64,000 nt of DNA from an uncultured Rhodobacteraceae bacterium (GTDB lineage: Bacteria; Pseudomonadota; Alphaproteobacteria; Rhodobacterales; Rhodobacteraceae): contig CANLQO010000004.1 in assembly GCA_947493335.1 (NCBI GenBank), forward strand, positions 156,531 through 220,530, in the 5' to 3' direction. The position numbers were made by a program, and so were the translations under genes. Below are positions 28,065-37,245 of the stretch, in pieces (position 1 is the first letter of the stretch; the number at the start of each line of letters is the position of its first letter). A model generated the notes under the pieces. The model was given only the letters and a program-made list of their open reading frames with translations. It searched no databases and was not told the DNA's origin.

Positions 28065-28100
28065 CAAAAAAGGCCCGGATGAGCGATCATCCGGGCCTTT
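28065..28100. terminator. Bidirectional terminator (lipoprotein gene / rplT)
   Basis: 11-bp stem GGCCCGGATGA / TCATCCGGGCC, 4-nt loop, A-run upstream and TTT downstream. Confidence 0.85.
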
Positions 28101-28121
28101 CAGTATCTGGTGCCTTTGGCC

Positions 28122-28481
28122 TTAGGCCATTGCCGCCTTGGCTTTGCCAACGATGGCGGCAAACGCCTCGGGCTCGTTCACGGCGAGGTCTGCCAGCACT
28201 TTGCGGTCAACCTCGATCCCGGCCAGTGTCAGGCCGTTGATGAACTTTGAATAGGTCAGCGATTCGTCAATCGAGCGAACGCCAGCGTTGATCCGCTGGA
28301 TCCAGAGCGAGCGGAAGTTCCGCTTGCGGTTATGACGGTCGCGGGTCGCATACTGATTGGCTTTGTCGACGGCCTGCTTGGCGACCTTGAAGGTCTTGGA
28401 GCGGCGATCGTAATAGCCCTTGGCAGCGTCGAGAACTTTCTTGTGACGACGGTGCGTGACGGTTCCACCTTTAACGCGCAT
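28122..28481 (-). CDS. rplT: 50S ribosomal protein L20
   Basis: [38 protein letters not shown] is canonical L20. Confidence 0.97.
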   Translation of the reverse strand: MRVKGGTVTHRRHKKVLDAAKGYYDRRSKTFKVAKQAVDKANQYATRDRHNRKRNFRSLWIQRINAGVRSIDESLTYSKFINGLTLAGIEVDRKVLADLAVNEPEAFAAIVGKAKAAMA

Positions 28482-28493
28482 TTCAAATTCTCC

Positions 28494-28694
28494 TTATCTT
28501 GCGTAGGGCATCATAGGCTTGATGATACCTTCATCAGCCTTGCACAGGGTTGTTGTGCCGCGTGCATTACGCAGGAACTTGTTGGTGCGCTTGATCATAC
28601 CGTGGCGCTTGCCCGCCTGGGCGGCGACCACGCGGCCAGAGGCCGTCACTTTGAACCGCTTTTTGCAGCTCGATTTCGTCTTCATCTTCGGCAT
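28494..28694 (-). CDS. rpmI: 50S ribosomal protein L35
   Basis: Start trimmed to ATG 28694. [37 protein letters not shown] is canonical L35. Confidence 0.95.
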   Translation of the reverse strand: MPKMKTKSSCKKRFKVTASGRVVAAQAGKRHGMIKRTNKFLRNARGTTTLCKADEGIIKPMMPYAR

Positions 28695-28803
28695 TTCCGT
28701 CTCCGTCTTTTGGGTCGGTGAACGCGCGACTCGGCATGCCATTTTGGCCGGACGCGCGGGTGAAGTCGCCCCTATAAAAGGGGCCTGCCCACTTGGCAAG
28801 GGG

Positions 28804-29028
28804 TTAGTTGGTATAGCGCGCGATCACCCGGACCACGACATCGGGGATGGTGTCGAAACCATAGGATGTTGGGCGCTGCTGGATTGCATAGCCGACCATC
28901 AGGCCACCAATGATAAACAGATAGGCCGGCAACCGGGGCGCACGGCCATCCAGAAGGGCGCTGAAGATCGCCGGGATCGCCAGCACAGCCATCGCCAGCC
29001 CTGCCACAAAGAAGAGATCGGGGTCCAT
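28804..29028 (-). CDS. Small two-TM membrane protein (74 aa)
   Basis: [26 protein letters not shown]...[14 protein letters not shown]. It sits between pyk and rpmI on the same strand. Confidence 0.55.
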   Translation of the reverse strand: MDPDLFFVAGLAMAVLAIPAIFSALLDGRAPRLPAYLFIIGGLMVGYAIQQRPTSYGFDTIPDVVVRVIARYTN

Positions 29029-29062
29029 GGATTACCTTTACCACACATACTTTGTGAAAGGC

Positions 29063-30511
29063 TTACTCTGGATCGGCGGCGTAAATCAATCGTTCTGCAC
29101 AGGGTGCTACGCGCAGGATGTTGGTGGAGCCCGGTGTGTTAAAGGGCACACCTGCGGTGACGACCACAAGATCCTTGTCGGTTGCCATCTCTTGTTCCAG
29201 CGCTGCGCGCACCGCGGCAATCACCGCATCTTTGAAGCGGTCAACTGGGCCGGTGACCACGCAGTTGGTCCCCCAGGTGAGGCACAGACGCCGCGCGGTG
29301 GAGCGGTAATTGGTCAATGCAACAATCGGCACGCGCGGGCGTTCGCGCGCCACGAGCGACGCTGTCGCGCCGGATTGCGAAAAGCAGCAGATCGCCTTGA
29401 TGTCAGTCGTCTCTGCGATTTCGCGCGCGGCGGCCACGATACCGTCAGCGACGGACTGGCGTTTTGCGGTGCGAGAGGCCTCGATAATCTCGGTGTAGGT
29501 CGGATCGCCTTCGACCTCGCGGGCGACGTTGTCCATAGTCGTGACCGCCTCGATCGGGAAATCGCCTGCGGCACTTTCCGCTGACAGCATGACCGCGTCC
29601 GCGCCTTCATAGATTGCGGCAGCAACGTCAGAGACCTCTGCCCGCGTCGGCATCGGGCTTTCGATCATGGATTCAAGCATTTGCGTCGCGACGATCACAG
29701 GCTTGGCGGCAGCGCGGCACTTGCGCACCAATTGCTTTTGAATAGGTGGGACGTTCTGAACGGGAAGTTCCACGCCAAGATCGCCACGGGCCACCATGAT
29801 CCCATCGCTGACGGCAAGAATGTCGTCAAAGGCCTTCACGGCAGCAGGCTTTTCGATTTTGGACAGGATCGCCGCGCGTCCCTTGCTTAGCGCGCGTGCC
29901 TCTTCCACGTCGGCGGGGCGCTGCACAAAAGACAGCGCCAGCCAGTCCACACCAAGATCACACACGAAGTCGAGGTCCTTGCGGTCCTTTTCCGACAGCG
30001 CCGCCAGCGGCAGCACGACGTCGGGCACGTTGACGCCCTTGCGGTTGGAAATCGTGCCGCCCACGATCACTTCGCAATCGGCGAAGTCGGCACCGCAATC
30101 CTTGACCTGCAGCTTGATCTTCCCGTCATTGACCAGCAGGTGCGAGCCCGGCTCGAGCGCATCGAAAATCTCTTTGTGGGGCAATTGCACGCGGGTCGCA
30201 TCCCCGGGCGCATCCGACAGATCAAGCCGGAAAGACGCGCCGACCTCAAGCTCTTCGCCGTCGTCATTGGCAAAGACACCGACGCGCAGTTTGGGCCCCT
30301 GCAAATCCGCAAGGATCGCAATCGGGCTGTTAAGGTCCTTTTCGATCTGGCGAATGATCTCGTGCCGTGCACGGATTTCAGCGTGGTCGCCATGGCTCAT
30401 GTTCAGACGGAAAACATCTGCGCCTGCTTCGTGCAGCTTGCGGATCATCTCATAATCATTGGAGGCAGGGCCAAGCGTTGCTGTGATCTTGACGTTGCGG
30501 TGGCGTCTCAT
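29063..30511 (-). CDS. pyk: Pyruvate kinase
   Basis: Start trimmed to ATG 30511 (MRRHRNVKITATLGPAS). Motifs FRLNMSHG, KIEK and MVARGDLGVE. Confidence 0.95.
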   Translation of the reverse strand: MRRHRNVKITATLGPASNDYEMIRKLHEAGADVFRLNMSHGDHAEIRARHEIIRQIEKDLNSPIAILADLQGPKLRVGVFANDDGEELEVGASFRLDLSDAPGDATRVQLPHKEIFDALEPGSHLLVNDGKIKLQVKDCGADFADCEVIVGGTISNRKGVNVPDVVLPLAALSEKDRKDLDFVCDLGVDWLALSFVQRPADVEEARALSKGRAAILSKIEKPAAVKAFDDILAVSDGIMVARGDLGVELPVQNVPPIQKQLVRKCRAAAKPVIVATQMLESMIESPMPTRAEVSDVAAAIYEGADAVMLSAESAAGDFPIEAVTTMDNVAREVEGDPTYTEIIEASRTAKRQSVADGIVAAAREIAETTDIKAICCFSQSGATASLVARERPRVPIVALTNYRSTARRLCLTWGTNCVVTGPVDRFKDAVIAAVRAALEQEMATDKDLVVVTAGVPFNTPGSTNILRVAPCAERLIYAADPE

Positions 30512-30647
30512 GCGGTCATCCTTCAGAGTCTTCGGCGCCAACAACGGGAGCATCGTTAGCGGTAACGCGAATGTTGCGTTCTTATTGCGCAATTCCATTC
30601 CGGTCACAACTGGCCTAAAGGCGGTAACAGGGGAATGACAGGTTGAA

Positions 30648-31382
30648 ATGAAACAGGATGCCTTTGAGATCAGCGGGGCTGGGCGCACGGGCCGCTGGCT
30701 GGTGACATGCGATCACGCCAGCAACCGGGTGCCTGATTGGGTCGCAAACGGCGACTTGGGTCTGCCCGCAGAAGATATGGACCGCCACATTGCCTATGAT
30801 GTGGGCGCGGCGGGGCTGTCGCTTGCTTTGGCCGAGGCGTTGGATTCGCCAGCGATCCTGTCGCGATTCTCGCGTCTGGTCATTGACCCCAATCGCGGGC
30901 CGAATGACCCAACGCGCCTGATGCGGCTATATGACGGGACCATCATCCCTGCGAACGCCTATGCGGATGCCGCCGAAAAGGCCCGCAGGGAAGCCGGGCT
31001 TTACGATCCTTACCACGCAGCACTTGCAAAGCTTGCCGCACGCCCCAACACGGCGATTTGCGCGGTGCACAGCTTTACGCCGCAGTTGCGGGGGCGGCCC
31101 CCCCGGCCATGGGAAATTGGCATCCTTTATGCCCATGACGACCGCCTTGCACGCCCCCTGATTGCGGCCTGCGAGGAACAGGGCTGGGTGACAGGAGATA
31201 ATGAGCCATATCTGGGGCATTTGCCCGGCGACAGCATCGATCGCCACGCTTTGCGCGATGGGCGGCCCAATGTCCTGATCGAGTTGCGCAACGACCTGAT
31301 TGCGGATGATGCCGGGCAGGCCCTTTGGGCAGGCCGACTGGCCCCTATATTAATGCGGATACTGGCCGAAAGCGGCCTATGA
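30648..31382 (+). CDS. N-formylglutamate amidohydrolase family protein
   Basis: 244-aa ORF. The CDHASNRVP N-terminal motif and HSFTP match the FGase family. Confidence 0.8.
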   Translation: MKQDAFEISGAGRTGRWLVTCDHASNRVPDWVANGDLGLPAEDMDRHIAYDVGAAGLSLALAEALDSPAILSRFSRLVIDPNRGPNDPTRLMRLYDGTIIPANAYADAAEKARREAGLYDPYHAALAKLAARPNTAICAVHSFTPQLRGRPPRPWEIGILYAHDDRLARPLIAACEEQGWVTGDNEPYLGHLPGDSIDRHALRDGRPNVLIELRNDLIADDAGQALWAGRLAPILMRILAESGL

Positions 31383-31393
31383 GGGAGAACAAC

Positions 31394-31693
31394 ATGGATG
31401 ACCAAACCCGGATCGAAATTGAAGCCGCCGCCTTTCGCCGGCTGCAACAACACCTGATGCAAGACCGCCCCGATGCGCAGAACATCGACATGATGAATCT
31501 GGCCGGGTTTTGCCGCAACTGTCTCAGCCGCTGGTATCAGGAAGCCGCAAATGAACGCGGGATCGAAATGTCGAAAGATGAGGGGCGAGCGGCCTTTTAC
31601 GGGATGCCCTTTGCCGATTGGAAAGCCCGGCATCAAACAGATGCTTCGGACGCGGCCAAAGCGGCCTTTGCGGAAAGCCACCCCAAGGATTGA
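31394..31693 (+). CDS. DUF1244 domain-containing protein
   Basis: GAGGGAGA lies upstream of ATG 31394. An alternative ATG at 31379 overlaps the upstream stop. AAAFRRLQQHL...NLAGFCRNCLSRWY...YGMPFADWKARHQ is the DUF1244 pattern. Confidence 0.8.
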   Translation: MDDQTRIEIEAAAFRRLQQHLMQDRPDAQNIDMMNLAGFCRNCLSRWYQEAANERGIEMSKDEGRAAFYGMPFADWKARHQTDASDAAKAAFAESHPKD

Positions 31694-31712
31694 TCATCGG
31701 GGTGGCATCGGC

Positions 31713-32330
31713 CTAGCCGCGCTTGTTGGTCTCCGCCAGGATATTGAATTTGATGTTGTCGATCGCGCCGCCCGCGCGCAGATCGTTCAGGATGACGGTG
31801 GTTGTTTCGCCAACGTCGTCCGTCACGATCCACTGACGGAGCTCAACAGGGTTGGCGGTGAACACCATCTTGATGTTGCCGTATTGCGGGTTGTCGGGGT
31901 CCTGCGCAGTGATGGTGGTCGTCGTTCCGTCGCTGGTATGCCCGGTCACCATGCGCGCGCGGCCCAGATTGACGTTCTGTTCCAGAATGATCTTCAGCGG
32001 CGTCTGATTGAGCGGATAGCGTTCTGGCCCTGTGTTCGAGCGGGGATCAAAAACTGCGACCGAACCGCCACCTGCCATCACAAGGCTGTTGTCCGGGGGA
32101 TTGTATTCGAACCGGATGCGACCCGGGCGCTTGATATAGATCTGGCCGGTCGACAGGGTGCCGTCGCCGTTGATCTGCGTAAATCCACCCTGTGCGGTTT
32201 GCAGCCGGTTGAGGTAGTTTGACACCTCTGCCAGCGAAAGCTGCTGTGCCTGCGCAGGTCCGGCAAAACCAACCATCGCGGTTGCCGCGGCCCCTGCCAA
32301 GAATTTGCGTCGTGTTGTCATGTCGTTCAC
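31713..32330 (-). CDS. lolA: Outer-membrane lipoprotein carrier protein LolA-like
   Basis: 205-aa ORF. Signal peptide TRRKFLAGAAATAMVGFAGPAQA. FTQINGDGTLSTGQIYIKRPGRIRFEY is typical of LolA. Confidence 0.75.
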   Translation of the reverse strand: MNDMTTRRKFLAGAAATAMVGFAGPAQAQQLSLAEVSNYLNRLQTAQGGFTQINGDGTLSTGQIYIKRPGRIRFEYNPPDNSLVMAGGGSVAVFDPRSNTGPERYPLNQTPLKIILEQNVNLGRARMVTGHTSDGTTTTITAQDPDNPQYGNIKMVFTANPVELRQWIVTDDVGETTTVILNDLRAGGAIDNIKFNILAETNKRG

Positions 32331-32485
32331 CTGACTTGTCGTCTGTTGCGTGCTTGATGCACCTTAGCAATATGGGGGCACAACACCCGATTGTCGTATG
32401 CTAAGCGATAACATGCTGGTGTGAAGCGATGACGGGTGCTGTGAATGGCCGGTTTGAGCCCAAATTGGCGGATGCTGCAAAGCAG

Positions 32486-32938
32486 CTAGATGATCCTTTG
32501 CTCTAGCTCGGCAGGATCGGCGACATCGACATGCCAGAAGTCGCGCGCTTCAGCCGGTAGCTTCGCTAACACGCGCTCGAAGTCCCTCCGGTTGGTGAAT
32601 CGCCGAACCGCCCATGCCGTTGCCTCGATAGCATTGTCCGGCGTTAGGTTGTGGTTCACCCTCACCGCTTTGACCTCGGAAACGAGCTTTTCGCAGTCAT
32701 AAAATTCCGCGCGGGGTTCCGTAACATCCCAGTTGTGCACGAAAATCGCACGCAGAACGCTCGGCAGGACACTTGCGAATTCCAATCCCTCTTGAGCGTT
32801 CAAACGACGCCGAAACACCTGTAGGACCGCATCGACCGCCGTGTACGCCATGTTGTCGGACTCAAGGGACATGCGCTCTTTCACATCATCGAGGAAAGCG
32901 CGCCATTCCTTGGAAGCGTGTCGATATGTCCACGGCAT
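32486..32938 (-). CDS. DUF2267 domain-containing protein
   Basis: Start trimmed to ATG 32938, because the ORF-track N-terminus overlaps puuD out of frame. Two helical repeats end in ..VLPSVLRAIF.. and ..LAKLPAEARDFW, as in DUF2267. Confidence 0.6.
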   Translation of the reverse strand: MPWTYRHASKEWRAFLDDVKERMSLESDNMAYTAVDAVLQVFRRRLNAQEGLEFASVLPSVLRAIFVHNWDVTEPRAEFYDCEKLVSEVKAVRVNHNLTPDNAIEATAWAVRRFTNRRDFERVLAKLPAEARDFWHVDVADPAELEQRII

Positions 32939-33047
32939 TGGCACGGGTAGCTGGTTCCCTTCAACAGCATCGTCTCCCACACCGATATCGAAATTCACAA
33001 GATTTGTCGAAGAAACGAACGTCGGGTTTGTCCCGCAGATCAGCCCT

Positions 33048-34271
33048 CTATTCAGTTCCCGATTGATACCAGGCGGCCAATACCCGGCGATCCTCTGCGG
33101 GCAGATTGGTGATATTGGCAGGCGGCATCGCATGGCTGACGGCCGCATGCAGGTAGATCTCACGCGCACGGCCCGCGACATCCGCGCGGGTCTCAAGAAA
33201 CACGCCCTTGGGCGCCCATTGCATGTTGCCCCAGACCGGCGCGCGTGCGTGGCACATGCTGCAACGGCCCCGCACAATATCATGGGCCTGCTCAAACCCT
33301 TCGGCTTGGGCAAAGCGTTCCTCATATGCGGTCAGGGCGCGGGCTTCGGACGCCTCATAGCTTTCGTGCCCCGGATAGGTCGACAGCCAGGCAATCGAGA
33401 TGAATAACAACACGGTCAGCGCCCAGGTCCAGTGCGGCTGCCCCTGCCGGGCGTGCATGGAATTGAAATAATGCCGGATCGTGACCCCCATCAGAAAGAC
33501 AAGTGCTGCGATAATCCAGGCATACTGCGTGCCAAACGCCAATGGATAGTGGTTCGACAGCATCAGGAAGATCACCGGCAAAGTGAGATAGTTGTTATGC
33601 GTCGACCGCAGTTTGGCAATCTTGCCGTACTTGGGATCAGGCGTGCGCCCGGCCTGCAGGTCGGCCACCACGACGCGCTGGTTCGGCATGATGATAAGGA
33701 ACACGTTCGCCGTCATGATCGTTGCGGTAAAGGCCCCAAGGTGCAGCAGTGCCGCACGGCCCGTGAAGATCTGATTATAGCCCCAGGACATCACAACCAG
33801 CACCACAAACAAAAGCACCATCAGCGTTGTCGGTGTTTCGCCCAACGGCGATTTGCAAAGCGCGTCGTAAATGACCCAGCCAACCGCAAGTGAGGCCGCC
33901 GAAATCGCGATGCCTTGCCAGATCGCCAGATCGGCCTTTGCCGGATCGATCAGATAAAGCTCTGCCCCGACCCAATAGACCACCGCCAGCATCGCAAAGC
34001 CCGACAGCCAGGTTGCGTAGCTTTCCCATTTGAACCAGGTCAGATGCGCTGGCATCTCTTCGGGCGCGACAAGGTATTTCTGGATATGATAAAAACCGCC
34101 GCCATGAACCTGCCATTCCTCGCCGTCTGCGGGGCCCTTGATGTCTCGGTTCAGCCCCAGATCCAGCGCGATAAAGTAGAACGATGACCCGATCCAGGCG
34201 ATGGCCGTAATGACATGGAGCCAACGCACCGCAAAAGCGATCCAGTCCCACAGAATGGCGACGTCATACAT
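33048..34271 (-). CDS. puuD: Urate hydroxylase PuuD (membrane protein with C-terminal cytochrome c domain)
   Basis: Start ATG 34271 (MYDVAILWDWIAFAVRWLHVITAIAWIGSSFYFIALD). Multi-TM body. C-terminal CSMCHA haem-binding motif. Confidence 0.85.
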   Translation of the reverse strand: MYDVAILWDWIAFAVRWLHVITAIAWIGSSFYFIALDLGLNRDIKGPADGEEWQVHGGGFYHIQKYLVAPEEMPAHLTWFKWESYATWLSGFAMLAVVYWVGAELYLIDPAKADLAIWQGIAISAASLAVGWVIYDALCKSPLGETPTTLMVLLFVVLVVMSWGYNQIFTGRAALLHLGAFTATIMTANVFLIIMPNQRVVVADLQAGRTPDPKYGKIAKLRSTHNNYLTLPVIFLMLSNHYPLAFGTQYAWIIAALVFLMGVTIRHYFNSMHARQGQPHWTWALTVLLFISIAWLSTYPGHESYEASEARALTAYEERFAQAEGFEQAHDIVRGRCSMCHARAPVWGNMQWAPKGVFLETRADVAGRAREIYLHAAVSHAMPPANITNLPAEDRRVLAAWYQSGTE

Positions 34272-34332
34272 TTTGGGTTCCCTTTCCCCATGGCTTGGCC
34301 CCATAAATTCACCACAAGCAAGGGAAGTCCAG

Positions 34333-35724
34333 ATGAACCGTTACCCCCGTGATATGACCGGCTACGGCGCAACACCGCCAGAGGCGAACTGGCCGGGGGG
34401 CGCACGTATCGCGGTGCAGATCGTCGTGAACTATGAAGAAGGTGGCGAAAACAATCTGCTCCATGGTGATCCTGCGTCAGAGGCGTTCCTGTCCGAAATC
34501 GTCGGCGCTGCCGCTTGGCCCGGCCAGCGGCACTGGAACATGGAAACGATTTATGAATATGGCGCGCGGGCCGGGTTCTGGCGCTTGCATCGGGCTCTGA
34601 GCGATTTGCCGGTGACGGTTTTTGGCGTGGCAACTGCGCTGGCCCGCTCGCCCGATCAGGTTGCCGCAATGAAGGCCAGCGGTTGGGACATGGCAACCCA
34701 CGGGCTGAAGTGGATCGAACACAAGGACATGTCCGAGGACGAGGAACGCGCCCATATCAAAGAGGCCGTGCGCCTGCACACAGAGGTCGTGGGCATCCCA
34801 CCCTCTGGTTTCTACCAAGGCCGCGCGAGCATGAACACGCTGCGGCTGGGGGCAGAGGCCGGGTTTGACTGGCTTGCCGACAGTTATGCCGACGACCTGC
34901 CCTATTGGCAGCGGATCGGACGGAGTGACCATCTGGTCGTCCCTTATACGCTTGATTGCAACGATATGCGCTTTGCCACCCCGCAAGGGTTTAACGCCGG
35001 GGCGCAGTTTCTCGACTACCTCAAGGCAACGTTCGACTGTCTCTACCGCGAAGGCGGGCGGATGATGTCGATCGGACTGCACTGCCGCCTTGCCGGGCGG
35101 CCGGGTCGGGCCGAGGCGCTGCGTGAATTCATCGCGTATGCTCAAGGCCATGCCGACGTCTGGTTTGCGAGCCGTAGCGACATCGCTGATCACTGGCGCC
35201 GCCACCACCCTGCGCCTGGCGTGCCGCGTCCGTCTCAGATGGATGAGGCAACCTTTGTCGATCAGTTCGGCGGTGTTTTCGAACACTCGCCCTGGATCGC
35301 TGCGCGTGCGCATGCGCTGGAACTGGGCGCAGCCCACGACACGGCAACCGGGGTGCACAACGCGCTTTGCCGGATGTTCCGCAGCGCGTCAGAGGATGAA
35401 CGGCTGGGCGTCCTGACCGCACACCCTGATCTGGCGGGCAAATTGGCCGCCGCCAAACGTCTGACAGCACATTCTGCCGCAGAACAGGCCAGTGTCGGCC
35501 TCGATGCCCTGACGGATGCAGAGCGTGAAACGTTCGAAAAGGCCAATGCGGCTTACGTCGATAAGTTCGGCTTCCCTTTCATTATCGCAGTGCGTGACAA
35601 CACCAAGGACGACATCCTGCGCGCGTTCGAGACCCGGTTGCAAAACGACCGGGACGCCGAATTCGCCACCGCCTGCGGTCAAGTTGAACGGATCGCGGAA
35701 TTGCGTTTGCGGGACATGTTATGA
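34333..35724 (+). CDS. puuE: Fusion of allantoinase PuuE (polysaccharide deacetylase fold) and OHCU decarboxylase
   Basis: ATG 34333 with AAGGGAAG upstream. The N-part is YPRDMTGYGATPPEANWPGGARIAVQIVVNYEEGGE (PuuE). The C-part is FGGVFEHSPWIA...HPDLAGK...KFGFPFIIAV (UraD-like). Confidence 0.85.
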   Translation: MNRYPRDMTGYGATPPEANWPGGARIAVQIVVNYEEGGENNLLHGDPASEAFLSEIVGAAAWPGQRHWNMETIYEYGARAGFWRLHRALSDLPVTVFGVATALARSPDQVAAMKASGWDMATHGLKWIEHKDMSEDEERAHIKEAVRLHTEVVGIPPSGFYQGRASMNTLRLGAEAGFDWLADSYADDLPYWQRIGRSDHLVVPYTLDCNDMRFATPQGFNAGAQFLDYLKATFDCLYREGGRMMSIGLHCRLAGRPGRAEALREFIAYAQGHADVWFASRSDIADHWRRHHPAPGVPRPSQMDEATFVDQFGGVFEHSPWIAARAHALELGAAHDTATGVHNALCRMFRSASEDERLGVLTAHPDLAGKLAAAKRLTAHSAAEQASVGLDALTDAERETFEKANAAYVDKFGFPFIIAVRDNTKDDILRAFETRLQNDRDAEFATACGQVERIAELRLRDML

Positions 35725-36215
35725 AGATCGCCGCGCAGCGTCTGACCGCCGCCGCCTTTGCACCGTTTGGTGACGTGTTGGACTGCGCGGGCGAACCCGA
35801 CAAGGTCATCAACGCCGGGCTTTGCGACCGCTACAACGACCGCGCCAATCTTGATTTTGGCGACGGCCGTGCCGGTATCAGCCTCTTTGAAGCCAAGCCC
35901 CGAAGCTTTCCTTACACCTGTGATCTGCTGGAGCGCCATCCGGACGGTAGTCAGGCCTTCATTCCGATGCACATGCACCCCTTCCTCGTGATCGTCGCGC
36001 CGGACAACAAGGGCGTGCCGGACAAACCAATCGCTTTTTTGACCAACGTCGGCCAAGGCATCAACTTCCACCGCAATACGTGGCACGGCGTACTGACGCC
36101 GCTATATGAACATGGACTTTTCGCCGTCATTGACCGGATCGGTGCGGGTCCGAACTTGCAAGAACATCGTCTGGCGACGCCAGTAACAATCCTCGCCCCC
36201 GCTTCTTCTGGTTGA
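35721..36215 (+). CDS. allA: Ureidoglycolate lyase
   Basis: ATG overlaps the puuE stop (ATGA). MKIAAQRLTAAAFAPFGDVLD...INAGLCDRYND matches AllA. Confidence 0.9.
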   Translation: MKIAAQRLTAAAFAPFGDVLDCAGEPDKVINAGLCDRYNDRANLDFGDGRAGISLFEAKPRSFPYTCDLLERHPDGSQAFIPMHMHPFLVIVAPDNKGVPDKPIAFLTNVGQGINFHRNTWHGVLTPLYEHGLFAVIDRIGAGPNLQEHRLATPVTILAPASSG

Positions 36216-36266
36216 AAATACTTTCGGGGGGCGCCGGCTTGCCGGCGTGGGGGCAGACAGCCCCCA
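36216..36266 (+). repeat. Tandem-hairpin intergenic repeat, copy 3 of 3
   Basis: AAATACTTTC-GGGGGG-[CGCCGGC TT GCCGGCG]-T-[GGGGGC AGACA GCCCCC]A. It fills the whole gap between the allA stop and the convergent GAPDH-paralog stop. Confidence 0.75.
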
Positions 36267-36267
36267 C

Positions 36268-37245
36268 CTACCCTGCCATCCGGCGCACCATATCGATCAT
36301 CCGGGCCGAAAATCCCCATTCATTGTCGTACCATCCAAAAATCCGCACTTGATTTGGTGTTGTTGTCATCGTTTCCGGCGTTGCCACGATCAGGCTTTCG
36401 GGTCGGCTGCGCAGATCAGATGAGACAAGCGGCAAATCCGTCACCCCGATTATTCCGGGCGCGGCGCGCGACAACATGTCATTCAGCCCCGCAACCGTCA
36501 CATCCGTTTTCAATGTTGCTGTCAGATCAATGGCTGAAACGCTCGCAACCGGCACCCTGACCGCCGCTCCGGTCAACCGCTTGCGGAGGTGCGGCAGCAC
36601 GACCTTGACCATCTCGGTCGCACTTGTGGTCGTGGGCACCATCGACAGCGCCCCTGCCCGACTGCGGGCAAAGTCACCTCGCGGTGCGTCGATCATGGGC
36701 TGGCTGGTCGTGTAACAGTGGATCGTTGTCATATGCGCGGCGTCGACACCAAAAGCCTCGTCCAGCACCCGCACCAGCGGCGCAAGCGCATTGGTGGTAC
36801 AGGACGCGTTCGAGATGATCTTTTGTTCCGCAAGCGCAGCCTCATTCGCGCCCAAAACCACGGTTTCATCCGCAGCAGGTGACGGGCCCGAGATCAGCAC
36901 CCTTCGCGCCCCGGCCTGCAGGCCGCGCGTTGCAATGACACGGGTTTTGGCATGGCCCGCGCATTCGAGCCAAAGGTCGATACCACTCAGGTCTGTCTTG
37001 CTCAGATCACTGTCTGAGACAAAGCGAATGCGCCGCCCGTCGACTACCAGCATATCGCCCTGAACCGTCACGGCCCCCGGATAGGGGCCAAAGACGCTGT
37101 CATAGGCAAAAAGATGGGTGCAAAGCGCGACTTCTGCGATGTCGTTGATCAGCGCCACCTCGATATCCGGATGACCCGCGAGAACCTGCCGCAGGATTGT
37201 GCGCCCGATCCGGCCAAAGCCGTTGATTCCAATGCGAATTGTCAT
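36268..37245 (-). CDS. Glyceraldehyde-3-phosphate dehydrogenase family protein (divergent paralog)
   Basis: Start trimmed to ATG 37245, overlapping the upstream stop (ATGA). INGFGRIGR, catalytic SNASCTTNALAP and WYDNEWGFS are present. The TTIHCYTTSQ and TSATEMV regions deviate from canonical GapA. Confidence 0.85.
   Translation of the reverse strand: MTIRIGINGFGRIGRTILRQVLAGHPDIEVALINDIAEVALCTHLFAYDSVFGPYPGAVTVQGDMLVVDGRRIRFVSDSDLSKTDLSGIDLWLECAGHAKTRVIATRGLQAGARRVLISGPSPAADETVVLGANEAALAEQKIISNASCTTNALAPLVRVLDEAFGVDAAHMTTIHCYTTSQPMIDAPRGDFARSRAGALSMVPTTTSATEMVKVVLPHLRKRLTGAAVRVPVASVSAIDLTATLKTDVTVAGLNDMLSRAAPGIIGVTDLPLVSSDLRSRPESLIVATPETMTTTPNQVRIFGWYDNEWGFSARMIDMVRRMAG

Noticed and set aside
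32486-32938. The DUF2267 gene appears somewhat less GC-rich than its neighbours: about 57 percent in my hand count of 420 nt, against low 60s elsewhere. I considered a horizontal-transfer islet.
   Set aside because: The difference is small and based on a rough manual count. No flanking repeats, tRNA or mobility genes are present.
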